From Octopus bimaculoides (taxonomy: Eukaryota), in NCBI RefSeq assembly GCF_001194135.2, contig NC_068983.1:108477338-108514758 (forward strand): DNA of 37,421 nucleotides, given 5' to 3'. A model generated the notes under the pieces. The model saw only the letters and a list, made by a program, of their open reading frames with translations. It was not told the origin of the DNA and did no database searches. Below, piece by piece: positions 1 to 11,720 of the stretch. Position numbers and translations under genes: made by a program. Every line of letters begins with the position of its first letter. Positions within the stretch are counted from its first letter, which is position 1.

Positions 1-61
<61 letters not shown>

Positions 62-62
62 G

Positions 63-102
<40 letters not shown>

Positions 103-126
103 CATACACGTGTATATATACATATA

Positions 127-474
127 TATATGGCAAGAAGAAAATGGAGATAATCCAGAGGTAGTATTCATCAGCTGTTAGACATTATATTATGTCTATT
201 TATTAATTTAAAACAATTCTAATAATATATTTATACACGTGTAAAGTACTAGTAATTTCTAGAATAGAAAAAGAAAAGCAGTTTCTTTCAGCTGTTTCTG
301 CCAAAAGGTCACAGTACCACACATGTTATTACATTTTTTCAGTGTACTGTAGTGATCTGTAGATAAAATTAGGATACTTGGGTGTGTCTCTAGGCTTCGT
401 CAGATAGTTTATACGATAAACCAAGAAGTTCAGAGGGTTAATTTATGCATATATATGAATATATATACACACAC

Positions 475-518
<44 letters not shown>

Positions 519-1583
519 NNNNNNNNNNNNNNNNNNNNNNNNNNNNNNNNNNNNNNNNNNNNNNNNNNNNNNNNNNNNNNNNNNNNNNNNNNNNNNNNNN
601 NNNNNNNNNNNNNNNNNNNNNNNNNNNNNNNNNNNNNNNNNNNNNNNNNNNNNNNNNNNNNNNNNNNNNNNNNNNNNNNNNNNNNNNNNNNNNNNNNNNN
701 NNNNNNNNNNNNNNNNNNNNNNNNNNNNNNNNNNNNNNNNNNNNNNNNNNNNNNNNNNNNNNNNNNNNNNNNNNNNNNNNNNNNNNNNNNNNNNNNNNNN
801 NNNNNNNNNNNNNNNNNNNNNNNNNNNNNNNNNNNNNNNNNNNNNNNNNNNNNNNNNNNNNNNNNNNNNNNNNNNNNNNNNNNNNNNNNNNNNNNNNNNN
901 NNNNNNNNNNNNNNNNNNNNNNNNNNNNNNNNNNNNNNNNNNNNNNNNNNNNNNNNNNNNNNNNNNNNNNNNNNNNNNNNNNNNNNNNNNNNNNNNNNNN
1001 NNNNNNNNNNNNNNNNNNNNNNNNNNNNNNNNNNNNNNNNNNNNNNNNNTATATATATATATATATATATATACATACATACATACATATATATATTTCC
1101 TGTGTTAGGAAGGGTGTATTCCTGCAGTGGTTTGTATTTTCCTTGCATATAGATATACACATATGCATAAACATACGATGTGTTTATGGTTGAGGGTCTT
1201 TCACCCCCATCAGGGGGTGAAAGTTTATATTAATAGTTATGATAGCAGCTGGTACTAAAGGTAGTAAAGGTACTAATTCTCCAGGCAGTTACCAAGATAC
1301 TACATTAGGTTCTGTTAAAAAATAACAGAAGAAATAACAGCAGCTAATATAGTATCTTGGTAAACGCCCAGAGAATTACTACCTTTACTACCTTTAGTAC
1401 CAACTGCTATCATAACTATTAATATAAACTTTCACCCCCTTAATGAAGACATTGATTTCAGGCCCTCAACCATAGACACATTGCATGTTTATGTATATGT
1501 GTATATTTATATGCAAGGAGAATACGAACCACTACAGGAATACACCCTTCCTAACACATGAAATATGTGTGTGTATATGTGTG

Positions 1584-1626
<43 letters not shown>

Positions 1627-1841
1627 ATACGTATGTATATATATGTATTTCTCCTTTTATGTGCCTTTTCATTTCTATAAAAACTGTACCCCTCTCAAAC
1701 TCCAATATTTACTTCGATTATACTATCATTTCTCTTTCTCTTTTTATGCATTCTCTAATAAGAATATTCTACTACACCTACTAATAACTGATTCTGTTAT
1801 AAGTGTGTACATGCATATATGTATGTATGTATGTAAGGGTT

Positions 1842-1885
<44 letters not shown>

Positions 1886-2202
1886 TATATTAGCCCTCTG
1901 AACTTCTTGGACTATCTTATAAACTTTCTAACAAATCCTAGAGACACACCCAAGTACCCTAATTTTATCTACAGATCACTACAGTACATTGAAAAGATGG
2001 AAATAACATGTGAGGTACTGTGACGTCTTGGCAGAAACAGCTGTAAGTAAGTGCTTTTCTTTCTCTAGTCTAGAAATTACTAGTACTTTACACATGTATA
2101 TATATATTATCAGAACTGTTTTAAATAAATAAATAGACATAATATGTTTAACAGCTGATGATTACTACCTCTGGATTCCCTCCACTTTCTTTTTGCCATA
2201 TA
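127..2202. repeat. Giant diverged inverted repeat (fold-back) centred near 1310-1342
   Basis: 127-455 is the reverse complement of 1878-2202 (tatggcaagaagaaaatggagataatccagaggtagta vs tactacctctggattccctccactttctttttgccata). About 1093-1308 is the reverse complement of about 1343-1566. (TA)n tracts sit at mirror positions. Roughly 85-90% identity by eye. Confidence 0.93.
519..1049. other. Assembly gap (N run) in the left arm of the palindrome
   Basis: Run of N flanked by (TA)n. Confidence 0.99.
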
Positions 2203-2367
2203 AATTAAGGGTAAAACCACTTATTATTCTTTCCTAGTTATACTCAGTAGTGTAACTGCCATGCAATAACCAACACTTGTGTATTAATTGTGTATTCTAC
2301 CAGCAGTATATTGGATAGATACTATCTCTTAGTTGGTTGGATTCACAACCTCTAACACTCTTTGAAA

Positions 2368-2406
<39 letters not shown>

Positions 2407-2416
2407 NNNNNNNNNN
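2407..2416. other. Assembly gap within a (TA)n tract
   Basis: Run of N. Confidence 0.99.
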
Positions 2417-2449
<33 letters not shown>

Positions 2450-2451
<2 letters not shown>

Positions 2452-2710
2452 GTTATAATTTAGAAGAAGTAATAAACGGTTGTCAATACAGTAGTCAGAG
2501 CTTCAAATGTTGGAGTGAAGAACTACAATACATTCTTGTCAGCTATTTGTTTTCCACCTATTAGAGTTACTTCTCTTTCGTTCAATGGTTTTTCATAGCA
2601 TTTGTTGCTATTAATAGCCAATGAGAATGTATTGTAGCTCTTCGCTCTGACATTTGAAACTCTGAGTACTATAACGACAGCCTTTTACTGTGTGTTCTAA
2701 ATTATAACAT
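2450..2710. repeat. Diverged inverted repeat, arms about 95 bp, spacer about 65 bp
   Basis: atgttataatttagaa (2450-2465) matches ttctaaattataacat (2695-2710) exactly. 2477-2547 pairs with 2613-2682 at about 80% identity. Confidence 0.9.
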
Positions 2711-2774
2711 ATATAATCTTCTATTTCTCTAATATCGAGGTCTCATTCTTTTGTTACTTTTTATTATTATTATT

Positions 2775-2864
2775 ATATATGTATACATGTAAATATATAT
2801 ATATGTGTGTGTGTATGTGTGTGCGTATATATATATATATGCGTATATATATGCACATATATGC

Positions 2865-2935
<71 letters not shown>

Positions 2936-3005
2936 TGTATATATGTATATATATATATATATGTATGTATGTAAATATACATATATGTATACAATATATA
3001 TATAC
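2775..3005. repeat. Compound (TA)n/(TG)n microsatellite
   Basis: Directly visible; source of several spurious YIYI ORFs. Confidence 0.97.
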
Positions 3006-3027
3006 TATAATACGCCTATACTTTATA

Positions 3028-3188
3028 GGCGTAGGAGTGGCTGTGTGGTAAGTAGCTTGCTTACCAACCACATGGTCCCGGGTTCAGTCCCACTGCGTGG
3101 CATCTTGGGCAAGTGTCTTATACTATAGCCTCGGACCGACCAAAGCCTTGAGTGGATTTGGTAGACGGAAACTGAAAGAAGCCCGTCG

Positions 3189-3233
<45 letters not shown>

Positions 3234-3444
3234 TTGTGTGCCTGTGTTTGTCCCCCCAACATCGCTTGACAACCGATGCTGGTGTGTTTATGTCCCCGTA
3301 ACTTAGCAGTTTGGCATAAGAGGCCGATAGAATAAGTACTAGGCTTCCAAAGAATAAGTCCTGGGGTCGATTTGCTCGACTAAAGGTGGTGCTCCAGCAT
3401 GGCTGCAGTCAAATGGCTGAAACAAGTAAAAGAGTAAAAGAGTA
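3028..3444 (+). mobile_element. tRNA-derived SINE (family A), full length, with internal microsatellite
   Basis: A-box-like tggctgtgtggta, B-box-like ggttcagtccc, internal (TA)n/(TG)n, 3' tail gtaaaagagtaaaagagta. Same family at 3445, 13927, 34421 and 36470. Confidence 0.9.
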
Positions 3445-3725
3445 TAGTCTTAGTCCTATCAAAGCCTTGTGATTGGATTTCATAAGCAGAATCTGAAAGA
3501 AGACTGTCGTATATATATGTATATTTCTGTGTGTATGTGTTTGTACCCCACCATCACTTGAAAACTGATGTGTCTGTGCTTACATCCCCATAAATTAGCA
3601 GTTTGGCAAAAGACACCGATAGAATAAGTACTAAGCTTACAAAGAATAAATCTTGGGGTCAATTCGTTCAACTAAACACTGTGCTCAGTCACAGTCACAG
3701 GATTGAAACAGGTAAAACAATAGAA
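3445..3725 (+). mobile_element. Older 5'-truncated family A SINE directly in tandem
   Basis: Colinear with 3125-3440 (gatagaataagtact...aaagaataa...ggggtc) but more diverged. Confidence 0.8.
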
Positions 3726-4046
3726 AACTATGCCATGTTAATTCTGAGAAACTCCGAGTATCTCTGCTAGTTACAAATATTTATAGAGTAAAAATGCTAA
3801 AATTTTTGTATTTCATAGAAAAGGGATTCCTTAAGTGTCTATTTAAATATTCCGTTTGTGTATGAAACAAAGTTATTTTATTTAATTCTTAAGTAAGTAT
3901 ATACGGCTTTCCTCTCTATGTATTTAGAACTGTAGACTATCATGATGCAAAAGCCTTTATTTATAATAGATTTTTAAAAATGTATAAGGGAAATTAACTT
4001 AAAAATAGCATTTTAAAGGTGAAATCAATCCTAGTTTAGCCAAAAT

Positions 4047-4174
4047 TAAGTAAAAACAAATGCACATACACACTCATACTGGAAGAAGTAGAATTTTTAA
4101 AATGAAACTTTTAGTTGGTTTGCATCTTCAAGCTGATTTGAGATATTTTATGAAATCCCTATGTCATTAATAAA
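4047..4174 (+). repeat. About 130 bp direct repeat, copy 1 (copy 2 at 8541-8668)
   Basis: Shared agaagtagaattttt...gctgattt(g/a)agatattttatgaaatccct..gtcattaataaa. Confidence 0.8.
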
Positions 4175-5068
4175 ATAACTTGATTTAAAATTACCAGGTG
4201 CATATATAACAATTGACAATTGAAATTACAGTTCTAAATCACATATGTACTTACACAAAAATAAAGAAAGTAACATGTTTAAAGAAACTTTCCAGGTTGC
4301 TGCAAGACCTGTGAACAAATGTTCAGGTATGGTAACTCTTAGGTCCTTTTTATGATAAATGTAAGCTATTACATATAATATTGGACACTGCTATATTGCA
4401 GATAATAACAATGAGTAAGCTTCTCTTTTTTTTTTAATATTGATCTTGATAGATAATTTTGTAGCTGAATAGTTCTATGTCTCTTTCTGACATTAGGAAG
4501 ACCAAAATGTATTGACTGTCTACCTGTACAAGGCATATCAATGTAAAGTGGCTCCTGAAAATGCTAGGGTATGAAATTGCTCAAAATACGACATCAATAA
4601 TTTAAGAGGGGTAGTCTGCTTCCTTTGTTATATTTTAGTACAGCATAAATAAGCATATTGGCATGAAATCGCTTTTGTATGCTTTTTCAGGACAATTATA
4701 TAACTTGCATTCAAAGATTGAAATGATAGAATAACATGGTACAATTCTTGCATACATACTTCTGTACTAATAAATAAATAAATTTTCTTCCAACATCATC
4801 ATCATTGCTACTATCATCATTACCAATTTAAAACATATTTTTCTATGCTGGCAAGGGTTGGATTGGCATGAAAATAAATATTCATCAAAGTATATTGAAA
4901 GATATTGGAATAAAATTCAAATTTACATTGAAAGAAAGAAATTGGTATTTTGAATATTTTAATGTTAATAGGAATTGAAAATCAGTTCAAAATTCACTTA
5001 TTTGCTTTATGTCTATGCTTGTCAGCTAGTGTAAAAGGTGAAAAAATGCAAAGAGAGAGTGAGAGGAG

Positions 5069-5078
<10 letters not shown>

Positions 5079-5132
<54 letters not shown>
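5079..5132. repeat. (GA)n microsatellite
   Basis: Directly visible. Confidence 0.97.
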
Positions 5133-5139
<7 letters not shown>

Positions 5140-5367
5140 TAGAGAAAGATGAAGGAAGGGTTAAAGTTAGAGACAAAATACAGAAGCAGACAGAAAAGTG
5201 GACAAACTGTAACAGTGAACTATGTGTATGTTTGTATGTATGTGTGTGTGTGTGAGAGAGAGAGAGAGAAACCTTACATATCAAAAATAAAACAAAATTA
5301 TATTCCACAGCAAATTAATAACAGACATATTAAGTTTATATAATGAATTCAAGATTCTTTCACTTAC

Positions 5368-5446
5368 AGAGATGCTGTCATCATAATTCTAATTAAGAGC
5401 ACAACAGTGTCAAATGCCTCATTTTAGAAGAACTGAGACATGTACT
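5368..5446 (-). other. Possible exon of the minus-strand transcript (a stop codon in every frame)
   Basis: Acceptor tgtgtttacttcag and donor gtaagtg. In the phase-2 frame it reads (S)VHVSVLLK*. Confidence 0.25.
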
Positions 5447-5512
5447 CTGAAGTAAACACATATCTATCATCCACATGCTCACATACACACCCACACTCTT
5501 ATACAGTAGTAT

Positions 5513-5575
<63 letters not shown>
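5513..5575. repeat. (GT)n microsatellite
   Basis: Directly visible. Confidence 0.97.
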
Positions 5576-5578
<3 letters not shown>

Positions 5579-6125
5579 GGGGATGAAAGAAAGATACAAG
5601 CAGAAAGGGTAAAGGAAGTTGAATGTTTAGAATCAAACAAAAACACAGAAAATTGATTTACAGCTCAAATGGAGTATTAGATTTTAACTTCCAAGTATCA
5701 AGGAGGAGAACTGATACCATGGATTCCTATTGGGGTTTTCTTTAACTTTATGCATAGATGGTGCTAGTTGTGGAAAGTTATCATGGAAAATAATTAAATC
5801 TCAAAGAATTGCTGAACCATTATTGTAACTTAATTGATATTTCATAATTGATTAGAATGTATACAGGAAAGGATTCACAATATAAGCAATGCAAGAAGGC
5901 ATAAGGAGACCAGTGTTCAATATTTTCCAACATTTCTCCCTTGCCATCCACTAGGACAATACCTTTTCTGTTTTGTCTGCTGGAGCCATGAGAAATGCTT
6001 CGATATCATGAAAGGCAAGATATTCCATTATTCAAATAAAGTGGAATAAGTGATATCATAAGTTAGATTTGTGTTATTTCATATACATTTGCTTACACCA
6101 ATTTAATTCATGTTTATGTACTCAC

Positions 6126-6190
6126 GAAGTACAATACTGCACTTGGTGATCACCGAACCCACAAAAGCTGTAAAGGACTGCCTGTGTTAT
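6126..6190 (-). CDS. Putative 65-nt coding exon ITQAVLYSFCGFGDHQVQYCT, product unknown
   Basis: Long pyrimidine tract then ctgttag acceptor, gtgagtac donor, open in phase 0 to 2, phase-compatible with 7319-7343. Confidence 0.35.
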
Positions 6191-7318
6191 CTAACAGGCT
6201 TAGAAGATTGAGTACATCCAAATAAGGAATAAATAGCATGACAAAAATAAGATGAAGCAAAAGAAGGGGCAAGAAAGACAAACATTGATGACAGTTGACT
6301 TTTTCAATAATGTGAATAATATTGTAAGGTATATCAAAATTATAATTCATTTGCAGATAATATTTTAATCAACAGTTTTCTAATAGCTAAAGGTGCCATG
6401 CATATCAGCTCTGCAAAAAGAAATCAATTTTCTAAAAGTTAACTAAATTTACAATGCATTATAATGCCATGATTTAACATAAAGACAGTTCTAATTGAGC
6501 AATTAACTATTCAGCAACATACCAACTATGACCATTTAATCTTCTATAACATGGATTACGATGTGTCCTTTCCATTTTAATATGGCAGTTTTTTATCTGC
6601 AGAAATTTGGCTGCTATTTCTACGAGGTCAAGTACTTGCACAGATGTGTTATCTTTAGCTTATTTAGAATATGTTCTTTGCAGTAGAGACGATCAGATAT
6701 ATAGAAGTTAGACCACAAAACAGTTATGATGTCTTTAGCTATGGAGAAAATTCTGATTTCTGAAAGGGAATAGTAAAAGATTATTGAATCAGCTAATAAA
6801 AATTTCTAAGTTTATAAGATGGTGGTGATGATAGAAAAATGAATAAGGAATAGAAAATGGCTAGAACAGTTATGAAGGGTGAATATTTGGAAGCCATAAA
6901 TAGATAAGATATTAATGAAGAACATTAAAAAGAGGTATGCAAATGACAATTCTGAAATTATATACAGAGATCAAGAAGGTCTTTCATTGCGTGTATCATC
7001 TATATATTAACTGATTATCCTTTTCAATTACAGTCATCATATTATGGTCTCTTTTTTACTATCTACTCAAATGTCAGTTTTGATGTGAAATTCGCAGAAC
7101 TTTTATTATAATTGCATGCAGTCTGTATTCACAAATGATAAAGCAATAGTGGAAAAAATGTTTGTAAATGTAGCATTACAATGATATTTAGTGGAATTTT
7201 AAATTGCTGTTCATTTTAATGTAGAAAAATAAAGATTAAACAATGTGTAGTGTGTAGTCTCTGGAGATACAAGGGGTCAAGGCGCAATACATTAAAGTTA
7301 TCAAGGAGGTAAACTTAC

Positions 7319-7343
7319 CACTAATATAATTCTACTGTCAACT
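7319..7343 (-). CDS. Putative 25-nt microexon (VDSRIILV)
   Basis: T-rich tract, branch-like tgactaac, acceptor ttttacaag, donor gtaagttt; open in phase 2 to 0. Confidence 0.3.
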
Positions 7344-7491
7344 CTTGTAAAAGTTAGTCAAGAAGCGTATCAAAAAAAGAAAAGAAAAAAAAAAGAAAAA
7401 AAAAGAAAAAAAAAAGAAATCATTCCTCTGAAGATCTTTATCATAGGATATAATCTGGTCATCAGAGACATTTATTTGAATATTCAGCATA

Positions 7492-7650
7492 TCACCATCA
7501 TCAACATTGATTTAATATCCACTTTTCCATGCTTGCATGGGTGAGTTGGAATTTACTGAGGCAGATTTTCTATTGTGGATTCCCTTCCTGTCCCCAACCT
7601 GTTTCCAATTAAGATAATACGTCCCCATGAATAGATATGTCTTTCAAAGC
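7492..7650 (-). mobile_element. Degenerate 3'-end fragment of an RTE-type LINE/SINE
   Basis: catcatcaacattgatttaatatccacttttccatgcttgcatggg resembles the reverse complement of RTE-type (GAT)n-tailed 3' ends. A short plus-strand relative lies near 7695-7730. Confidence 0.45.
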
Positions 7651-7997
7651 AGATATTAGAGCTTAATTCAGTCTCTGGTTCATTGGATACTGTCAACCAT
7701 CCAACCTATGCCAAAATAGAAGATGAGCTAACATATACACACATGATGGGTTTCAATGCGCGCGCGCGCGTGTGTGTGTTAAACAATGCTTTAAACAACA
7801 TGTTAAACAATACATTGTTAAATGTATGTATGAATTAAATGTTTGAGACAAGTTGTTAATAAGATTATAATTTTTCAAACTTAAAAGTTAAAAGTATTCT
7901 CATTTCACGTGCCAAAATTTAATGTGGAAGCAGAGAAAATCAACTTTGAATTTACAGAGATGTATAAACGTAAAGATATACACACATACATATATAT

Positions 7998-8036
<39 letters not shown>

Positions 8037-8484
8037 TACACACGCACGAACACACACACACACACAATCATGAGTACATTTATGCACTTATAACTCTACG
8101 ATATCCAATAAAAATTCGCATATATATATACCATAAATCCTTGAGTATAATCAGCATTTTTTCCCAAAAATATATATACATATATATACACACATACATA
8201 CATTCATTCGTTGAACACTCAATATATATACATTTTCTGTACTTATAGAATGAACTATATCTGAAATTTAAGTTTTTCTGCTTTTATTCTAAACATGTTG
8301 TTCATAGAGATAATTTTAACCAACTACGTACATACATACATGTCAATCCTACATAGATTTACTGCAATATTTTGGAGTTTAACGATCTATTATTAATTGA
8401 TCTCTTAATTACTGTGGGTGTATTCTATGGTATTTATACATCAATTCTCTATATGCATGTAAACACATGCATATATATTAAGTA

Positions 8485-8540
<56 letters not shown>

Positions 8541-8668
8541 TAAATAAAAATAAATCCACATACACATATGTGTAAATACTAGAAGTAGAATTTTTTTATG
8601 AAACTCTTAATTGGTTAACATCTGTAAGCTGATTTAAGATATTTTATGAAATCCCTGTCATTAATAAA
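8541..8668 (+). repeat. About 130 bp direct repeat, copy 2 of 4047-4174
   Basis: See copy 1; starts directly after a (TA)n tract. Confidence 0.8.
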
Positions 8669-8737
8669 CACTCATATATATTCATCTATACATATGCACA
8701 CACACACACACAGATACACAAATGCACACACACAAAT

Positions 8738-8780
<43 letters not shown>

Positions 8781-9392
8781 CATGTACACACACACATATC
8801 TGTAATTCATTTTCGATGATAATCTTCATTTTCTCCTTCACTACTCAGAGTTGCTAAGGCTCAGCTTCTAATAATTATCAGGTATTTTTCTCCTTTTGTA
8901 AACCAAAAGCATGTCTGTGTGTGTATGTGTGCATGTCTGCATGCTTATGTGTATGTGTGTATCAGAAAATTCTTGTAGATTAACTCTTCCAATTATTATC
9001 TTTCATGTACAGTTAAATATATCAATGAGCTTTATATGTTATATGATCTCAGGGATTTCATAATTGAAACAAGAGATCACCATAAAAAAAAAGAAAAAAA
9101 GATTGTAGAGATATCAGGTTAAAATTCTTGAAAGTTTTCAGTAAAATATATGAAGAATAGTTGAATAGTTTCTACACTTACAACTTGAATGTATACTTAT
9201 ACAAAGACAAATAAATGCTTCTACCAGAAGCTTCTTCTTGCAGAAGAAAATGCAATCTAATAATAAAAAAAAGCCTTTGTAAAAGAAGAAAAACCTGCGT
9301 AAGTATGCAAGAATGAAATACACAATTACTCACTTGAATATATATACACATTCTAATATGCATAGGAAAACACACACACACATACACACAGT

Positions 9393-9625
9393 TGAATGTA
9401 TGCAATTGTAAATATATAACAACCAACTTATATACATACATGCTCATATTCATGTAAGAATACAAATACACATACAAAGGAAATAAATATATTCAATTGT
9501 AAATTTACATCAACTAACCCCATGTATATATGCAAGTTATATATATTACTCACACACACTGAAACACACACATACACATATACAAAGCAGATGAATATAC
9601 ACAATTGTAAATATACATCAACTGA
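9393..9625 (+). repeat. Degenerate minisatellite, 3 copies, period about 100 bp
   Basis: caattgtaaat(a/t)ta(c/t)a core near 9404, 9494 and 9602, separated by CA-rich spacers. Confidence 0.6.
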
Positions 9626-10795
9626 CTCTTTCATTCAATTATTTTTGTCATAAGAAAAGAATCTGATGAAGTAGATAACTTCAATGGAAGCAGAAGACAT
9701 CTTTTGAAATAAAACTTATCAAGGTTTTCTAAATTCTTAAAAATTAGAATGGAAATAACAATGTCTGTTAATATTTTCCTGAATGAGTGTCAATTCTTCT
9801 GATAATTTTCTGAAATAAACAAATTGCATAGGAAATCAAATAAATGAAGAAATAAAGCACTTCAGCTTTTATTTCACAAAAGCAATTAGAAAGAAAATGT
9901 AAAAAGCTATTCCAACTGATCATTTTTTTTTTCTCTCAAAGAATCAATAGAAATTGGTTCGGTAAACCCAATTCCATAGAGGAATGTCTTAAAGTAATTA
10001 AAGATAGCCTGATATGTGTTCAGAAGAATAAAAGAAAATTACACTACATTTCTTAACATTTAAAATATTGATCAAACATCAAGAACATTGAATTGTTTAC
10101 TTCACAGAGAATATTCTTCATTTAAACTTGAACATTTTAAGTGACATTAAAAATTACAGTTAAACTCGCATGTTAAAAACATTCAATATTATTCACTTAT
10201 TATCTCATTTCAGATGGATAGATCTCTGGATTTATAAATGTAAAATAGTAAGGAAGAAGATAGAAAAACTAAATGAATGACTAACAATGAATAAATACAT
10301 GTAGATTTAACTCTTAATTGCATAACCCTGAGTAAGTTTGCTTAACTATTGAGAATGGGCAGTAGGTTTTCTGAGAATATCTTACAGTTTAGACTGTATT
10401 TTAAATCAAGTGGTGCTTTAACTCTTGTTGTCTTAATTCTGTAACATTAGTGTTAAATATTTGCTTTTATAGGTAGAGCATCCAATGATTGTACAAAAGT
10501 TTTGAAACTGGAGACATGAGATCCTATCAATTTACATACACATACATGCATACATACATAATACAAACATATATGCATATATATATATATACATACATAC
10601 ACAGCATAAGACGGTGCCATCAACATCAGATGTGCTGGTATAGAGGACTGTTTAAAATTTCCCTTTGCTTCAAAATTGCTGCTCTTGTACCTAAATTAGA
10701 AATACTTGTATTTTAATTTTTTCTGGTACTGCTATACAAAAGCTATAACATGCTAATTTAATTAGCAGAGACATCATCTTGAGGTTTGGTGACAA

Positions 10796-11065
10796 TTAGC
10801 TCTGGATCTCAAAAGTCTTTCTTATGATTCTTGCAGAGCACAGGATGATACATTTCTGCAGGACAACAGTATGTTACTTGATTCTAATATCTTTCAGCCT
10901 CTTAAGTTGCAGCTTGGGGGTTGTGCTAAGTGAACCAATTACCACAGTAACAGTTTTCATTTTTGTGTTTCACAATCTCTTCCTTTCTTAGATAATATCC
11001 TGATATTTCTCATGTCTTTTTCCAGTTTCATATGATAGTAAAATGGATTTGAAAGCCATTGTTAT
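10796..11065 (-). mobile_element. Decayed 3' end of an R4/Dong-like non-LTR retrotransposon (restriction-like endonuclease)
   Basis: Translation ...HEKYQDII*ERKRL*NTKMKTVTVVIGSLS...LQKCIILCSARIIRKTFEIQS* fits the K..KY.DL...V.G.LG...SARI.RK C-terminal REL pattern. Confidence 0.75.
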
Positions 11066-11246
11066 CTAAGTGACTGAAGGATATTTGAAATGAGGTATGT
11101 ACCGTCAACCTGTATAGCAATGCATTCCTGTATTTTGCAAAGATCTTAAGAAAGATTCTTGAGAACTCAGGTGACTTGTTTTTATCAAACTGCAAAACAA
11201 CATCCCTGCTAGCTAATATAACATGTAATAGCTACACAAAGCCTGA
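11066..11246 (+). mobile_element. Short R4/Dong-like 3' fragment, inverted relative to 11712-11892
   Basis: About 88% identical to the reverse complement of 11712-11892; encodes FAKILRKILENS. Confidence 0.85.
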
Positions 11247-11483
11247 TCTTATGCTGTTTTTTTTTACTCTCCTCCTGGATTCAACACATTCTTATGGAGA
11301 AATCCCATAAAATTTTACATTTATTGTTCACCATGGATTTACACCAGTGAAGTTTCTATTCAAGAAAGAGGCTTAGGTAAAGATTTATTTATGGAAGGCA
11401 AGCAATCATCTATGAATGCCAGTCTCCTCATACTACTGATGTGCTACAAGAAAAAGTAAGCTTGGTACAGGTGTCATTGCAGA

Positions 11484-11485
<2 letters not shown>

Positions 11486-11521
<36 letters not shown>
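11486..11521. repeat. (ATT)n microsatellite
   Basis: Directly visible. Confidence 0.97.
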
Positions 11522-11527
11522 GTTCTT

Positions 11528-11720
11528 AGTCAAGCTGGTAGAATTGTTAGCATGCTGGGAAAAATGCTAAGTGGCATTTCACCCATCCCTACGTTCTGAG
11601 TTCACATTCCACCAAGGTCAACTTTACCTTTCATCCTGTTAGCGGTCGATAAAATAAGTATCAGTTGAGCACTGAACTTGGTGTAATTAACAAGCCCCAG
11701 TTCCAAAATTTTCAAGCCTT
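11528..11720 (+). mobile_element. tRNA-derived SINE (family B)
   Basis: agctggtagaattgttagc head, gttctgagttcacattcc B-box-like, core actttacctttcatcct...gtcgataaaataagta. Same family at 16075 and 28604. Confidence 0.75.

Noticed and set aside
430-1174. Long ORFs of 200-440 aa across N gaps (also 22218-23543 and 26957-27709)
   Set aside because: They are open only because N and (TA)n translate without stops; the one real segment is the RTE RT fragment at 23345-23543
1975-2042. Plus-strand AG...GTAAGT exon-like segment in the palindrome arm
   Set aside because: Stops in all frames, and the donor overlaps the hammerhead-like repeat motif
4296-4326. Plus-strand 31-nt candidate exon reading CCKTCEQMF
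   Set aside because: Isolated, with a weak acceptor and no compatible partner exons; expected by chance
6126-6410. Longer 285-nt exon version using the acceptor at 6411
   Set aside because: Multiple stops in all three frames; the 65-nt version is more plausible
7757-7780. (GC)n(GT)n potential Z-DNA tract
   Set aside because: Short and typical of microsatellite turnover in this genome
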